The notes beneath the pieces are model-generated. The model did no database searches, was not told the DNA's origin, and was given only the letters and a program-made list of their open reading frames with translations. This document shows, piece by piece, positions 61,501-64,000 of a stretch of 64,000 bases of DNA. The DNA is from an uncultured cyanobacterium (lineage in GTDB: Bacteria; Cyanobacteriota; Cyanobacteriia; Cyanobacteriales; Nostocaceae): the NCBI GenBank assembly GCA_963740315.1, contig CAVUDP010000002.1:736001-800000 (forward strand), read 5' to 3'. The translations under genes were made by a program, and so were the position numbers. Positions within the stretch are counted from its first letter, which is position 1. Each line of letters starts with the position of its first letter.

Positions 61501-63218
61501 GGGCACAGGTTAACGGCAGAGTTACCAATACTACCAATTTACGCTTTCAATACGATCATGAAGACAACTTTGGTGTCGCACCCCAACGTATAGATACTTT
61601 TGAAGAGTTCTTTTCACCTTTGAGAACAACCCTTCCCGGTAATGAAGTTGATAACTCTTTAACTACAATTTCTGCGGGAGTTGTACAGCGAATTGGTAAA
61701 GCGAATTTATCCGTAGACTGGATTAAGCGGGAGCGGGAAGATAGAATATCACCCGAAACTTTAAATACAGATTCGAGTCAATTGCGTTCCCGTCTTAACG
61801 TTCCCATTGCCAAAAAACTTTCTTTCCTAGCCCAAAACGAAACCACAATATCCGACAATACCGACGCAGTTTTCCCAGATAGAACTATTGTCGGGTTGAA
61901 TTGGCAAGCGATTCCGGGAATTAACCTTTCGCTAACGCAACAGTTTTACACTCAGGGACAATTTGACGGTAATTCCATCACCAGTTTCAACGTTAACGGC
62001 GAACATAAATTTGGTGAAGATACCTCAGTTACCGGACGTTTCTCTCTATTAGGTGGTGCTGACAGAGTTACTACTCAAGGGGCTTTGGGTTTAAAACAGG
62101 GTTTAACTATAGCTCCCGGATTGCGGTTGAGTTTAGCTTACGAACACGTTTTCGGCGACTTCTTCGGTCGTAACGGTGCCGGGGTACAATTCGCACAACC
62201 CTTTGCGATCGGTTCGAGTACTGCGGCGTTAGGTTTCTCTTCTGGGGATAGCTACAGCGTCGGCTTGGAATACACAGATAATCCGGATTTCAAAGCCAGC
62301 GCTCGTTTTGAGCATAGAAGTTCTTCCAGCGGTAACAATACCGTAATTTCCGCAGGTGCTACGGGTAAAATTTCATCTTCTCTTACAGCTTTAGCACGCT
62401 ATCAACAAGCGGGTTCGAGCAATCAAACTTTACAAGCATTAGGAGACACGGCAAATTTAAGAGTCGGTTTAGCATATCGCAATCCTAAAAACGATAAATT
62501 CAACGCCTTAATGCGCTACGAATATCGGAAAAATCCCTCAACGATTCCCGAAACTATCTTATTCGGAAGTGGTTCTGGTGCCCAAGACCATACTTTTGCA
62601 ATAGAAACTATTTACGCACCGAATTGGCAATGGGAATTTTACGGTAAATACGCTTTACGCAACAGCACCACCTATTTAGCCAACGATTTCTCATCCAGCA
62701 ATACCACAAACTTGGGACAGCTTCGCGCCACTTATCGTTTGGGATACAGTTGGGATTTAGTCGGGGAAGCTAGAGTAATTACTCAATCTGACTATACCGA
62801 AACCGGCTTTGTTGTCGAAGCAGGTTATTACCTAACACCGAATTTAAGAATAGCTGGGGGTTACGCCTTTGGTGAAATAGACGATCGCGATTTTGATGGA
62901 AGTCGTTCCGCAAGCGGTCCCTACTTGGGTGTGACGATGAAACTCAACGAGTTATTCAGCGGTTTTGGTTTGCAGAAAAAAGTACCTCGTCAAAGAATAG
63001 AAGCGCGACAATCTTTGTTGAATAAACTCAAAGTTGAGAAGAAAACAGAAAACCTAACCGAACAGTCTTCCCTACAAGGAAATGGGGAGAATTCAAGTCT
63101 TCTAAATAGTGGGAAAAATTCCTTAGAAAAATTAGTCGAAAGAATTAAAGTCAGAAATAAATCTCAGAAAGAAGAAAAAACGCTGTTGCAAAGACTGACG
63201 ACAGGGCAGGGGAGATGA
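58593..63218 (+). CDS. Very large outer-membrane beta-barrel protein with periplasmic Ig-like domains
   Basis: Signal peptide, low-complexity N-terminus, invasin-like IPADGLSTATI domain, then about 900 aa of amphipathic beta-strands; start overlaps the upstream stop (ATGA). Confidence 0.8.
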   Translation: MRQLSGAGIFNFKLIGAIAGTIGVVLHPLVARADTDNSTHSDRQQKSSKASIGTSQSSRKYHRSKQLVEALEVINNNKNQNKNVIALNKKDTNTNLPASLQKLVDERNYAAEYILTALKTEDTNTNLPASLQKLVDERNNAAENTLIALKPAEVTDNISLVQKIKYSRNQVIDSQPELINVETQYIASVASVASIVEPKTINIEEAPYTVSLQNRLLPIDTSEQFFSSREQINSPENYLLALEPFLNEQKPVESQIENPSEKTIDSTLVAINVFESISFDKPASYIPIIAKNWTTDNLTNKTYSFTSLVAIKPSFLTDNSDRNSSQMKLAAIYNSFTGDNRNQDPNNNLLAAYSNPFALPNPELNPNLAPNSTQYISQFPQDANNSATVKILSPTPDAVVDVAATPIIVQFPVGNEVELRVNGDLSDRSLIGRTETDSETDLVTQTWYGVSLQNGENIISAQVIGSKEPAATIKVMVRGGADKLKIDTVESRIPADGLSTATIKGTLLDENGNRSNHDAVVTLATTAGEFVEPDFKPGQPGFQVQAKSGQFTATLKSGLDAKTVRIKAKAGKLEDFTQLQFQTALRPSLMTGVIDFRLGARGTDFYSRFKDFLPEDEDNDTEVKFRSAVFATGAIGEWLVTGAYDSSRSLNEDCNCDNRLFGSYQFSEQNYPVYGDSSSVNQTTPSTDSVYLRLERSSRTLGADPDYAMWGDYNTEEFSRSSQQFTSLTRQLHGFKANYNIGNLQATAFYGNNIEGFQRDILPPDGTSGFYFVSRRLLVPGSESVFIELEELNRPGTVLQRERLSRGPDYEIDYDRGTVLFREPILRTDVNEFGEVLVRRIVVTYQYEGEGGNDTDIYAGRLQYNFSRGVNNDSWLATTYLQENQGDRDFELYGADAQFTFGKVGKLIAEFARSRNDSNEMGMVEGDAIRAEAEAEFFKGLRTRAYYRFADTGFANNATISFVPGQTRYGAQVNGRVTNTTNLRFQYDHEDNFGVAPQRIDTFEEFFSPLRTTLPGNEVDNSLTTISAGVVQRIGKANLSVDWIKREREDRISPETLNTDSSQLRSRLNVPIAKKLSFLAQNETTISDNTDAVFPDRTIVGLNWQAIPGINLSLTQQFYTQGQFDGNSITSFNVNGEHKFGEDTSVTGRFSLLGGADRVTTQGALGLKQGLTIAPGLRLSLAYEHVFGDFFGRNGAGVQFAQPFAIGSSTAALGFSSGDSYSVGLEYTDNPDFKASARFEHRSSSSGNNTVISAGATGKISSSLTALARYQQAGSSNQTLQALGDTANLRVGLAYRNPKNDKFNALMRYEYRKNPSTIPETILFGSGSGAQDHTFAIETIYAPNWQWEFYGKYALRNSTTYLANDFSSSNTTNLGQLRATYRLGYSWDLVGEARVITQSDYTETGFVVEAGYYLTPNLRIAGGYAFGEIDDRDFDGSRSASGPYLGVTMKLNELFSGFGLQKKVPRQRIEARQSLLNKLKVEKKTENLTEQSSLQGNGENSSLLNSGKNSLEKLVERIKVRNKSQKEEKTLLQRLTTGQGR

Positions 63219-63330
63219 ATAAAGATATATGAAGCGAAATATACATTTGCTTTACGAGCTTCTGTCCCCTTGTTTCTCCTGGGGACAAGCTATACGCTCT
63301 CCTGTCTTCGGTAAAACAACGGTAATTAAT

Positions 63331-64000
63331 ATGTATAAAAAAGATAGAAAAAAAACTTTTAATCGGCTTAGTGCAGCGAAACGTTTATTAACAAGCGTAC
63401 CAGTTTTATTGCTCGCGGCTCCCAATATCGCTTTTGCTCAAAATACAGCTTTAAGTTTGAATGTAGTAGTCAACAGTAACCAAGATGGAGCAAGGATAGC
63501 TGATGATGCGCTGACATTACGCGAAGCAATTGCGATCGTCAACGGTGATTTACCTTTAGAACAACTTAGCGCAACTGAAAAATCTTTAGTATCATCTGGG
63601 AATCAACCTCGAATTACCTTCCAACTTCCTCCCGCACAAACTACGATCGCTCTGGAGAGTGTTCTCCCTCCCTTAACTGCTCCCGGATTAATAATTGACG
63701 GTACTTCTCAACCGGGTTACGACGCAAGTAAATCGGCTACCGCAGAAATTGAAATCCCAATTCCGGTGGTGGAAATAACTTCCGCTGCCGACAAAGAAGT
63801 ATTTCGCGGTTTAACTGTAGCTGCCGATAACGTCACAATTCAAGGATTGAGCGTACACGGCTTTAGTTCCAAACATCGCGACACCGCTAGTTTACCGCCA
63901 GGGGATATTATTATTGCAGATTTCAAGATGTTGCAGATCCCCCCTACCCCCCTTAAAAAGGGGGGAAATTCAAGCCCCCCTTCCCAAGGGGGGTTGGGGG
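63331..64000 (+). CDS. Secreted CSLREA-like / beta-helix protein (runs off window; not in ORF track)
   Basis: Manual translation: MYKKDRKK..signal ending AFA-Q..VVVNSNQDG..LTLREAI..LPPLTAPGLIIDGTSQPGY..GLTVAADNVTIQGLSVHGF; open to the window end. Confidence 0.85.
   Translation, partial: MYKKDRKKTFNRLSAAKRLLTSVPVLLLAAPNIAFAQNTALSLNVVVNSNQDGARIADDALTLREAIAIVNGDLPLEQLSATEKSLVSSGNQPRITFQLPPAQTTIALESVLPPLTAPGLIIDGTSQPGYDASKSATAEIEIPIPVVEITSAADKEVFRGLTVAADNVTIQGLSVHGFSSKHRDTASLPPGDIIIADFKMLQIPPTPLKKGGNSSPPSQGGLG

Noticed and set aside
58593..63218. TonB-dependent receptor
   Set aside because: No TonB box or plug motif recognised, no terminal Phe, unusual size, and Ig-like domains with a DUF11 context.

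Overview
Chromosomal window from a heterocyst-forming (Nostocales-type) cyanobacterium, shown by hetR next to sepJ, frequent HIP1 octamers (GCGATCGC) and heptamer STRR arrays. Core genes include rpsD, hetR, sepJ, ndhV, acsF, upp, crtH, purT and cbiMNQO, plus genes for an ABC-F ATPase and a prohibitin, and the sRNA IsaR1. Accessory loci are a CHAT-TM-PstS receptor, an HTH-NB-ARC-TPR protein convergent on a DUF1399-like protein with C-terminal peptide repeats, a vWA/solute-binding three-gene cluster, a P450, two tandem beta-propeller paralogs with different C-termini and a Bpu10I-family R-M pair. Many REP/MITE/IS605-remnant elements lie between and even inside genes. The strongest candidate for an undescribed system is the DUF11 operon at 53481-64000. 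Its motif layout suggests a fibre polymerised by donor-strand complementation and locked by intermolecular Lys-Asn isopeptide bonds, with a putative chaperone, an adaptor and an usher-like outer-membrane barrel. A ThrC-like enzyme plus a sulfur-carrier protein (50468-52177) may be a homocysteine-forming route. All calls come from reading motifs by eye; no searches were run.
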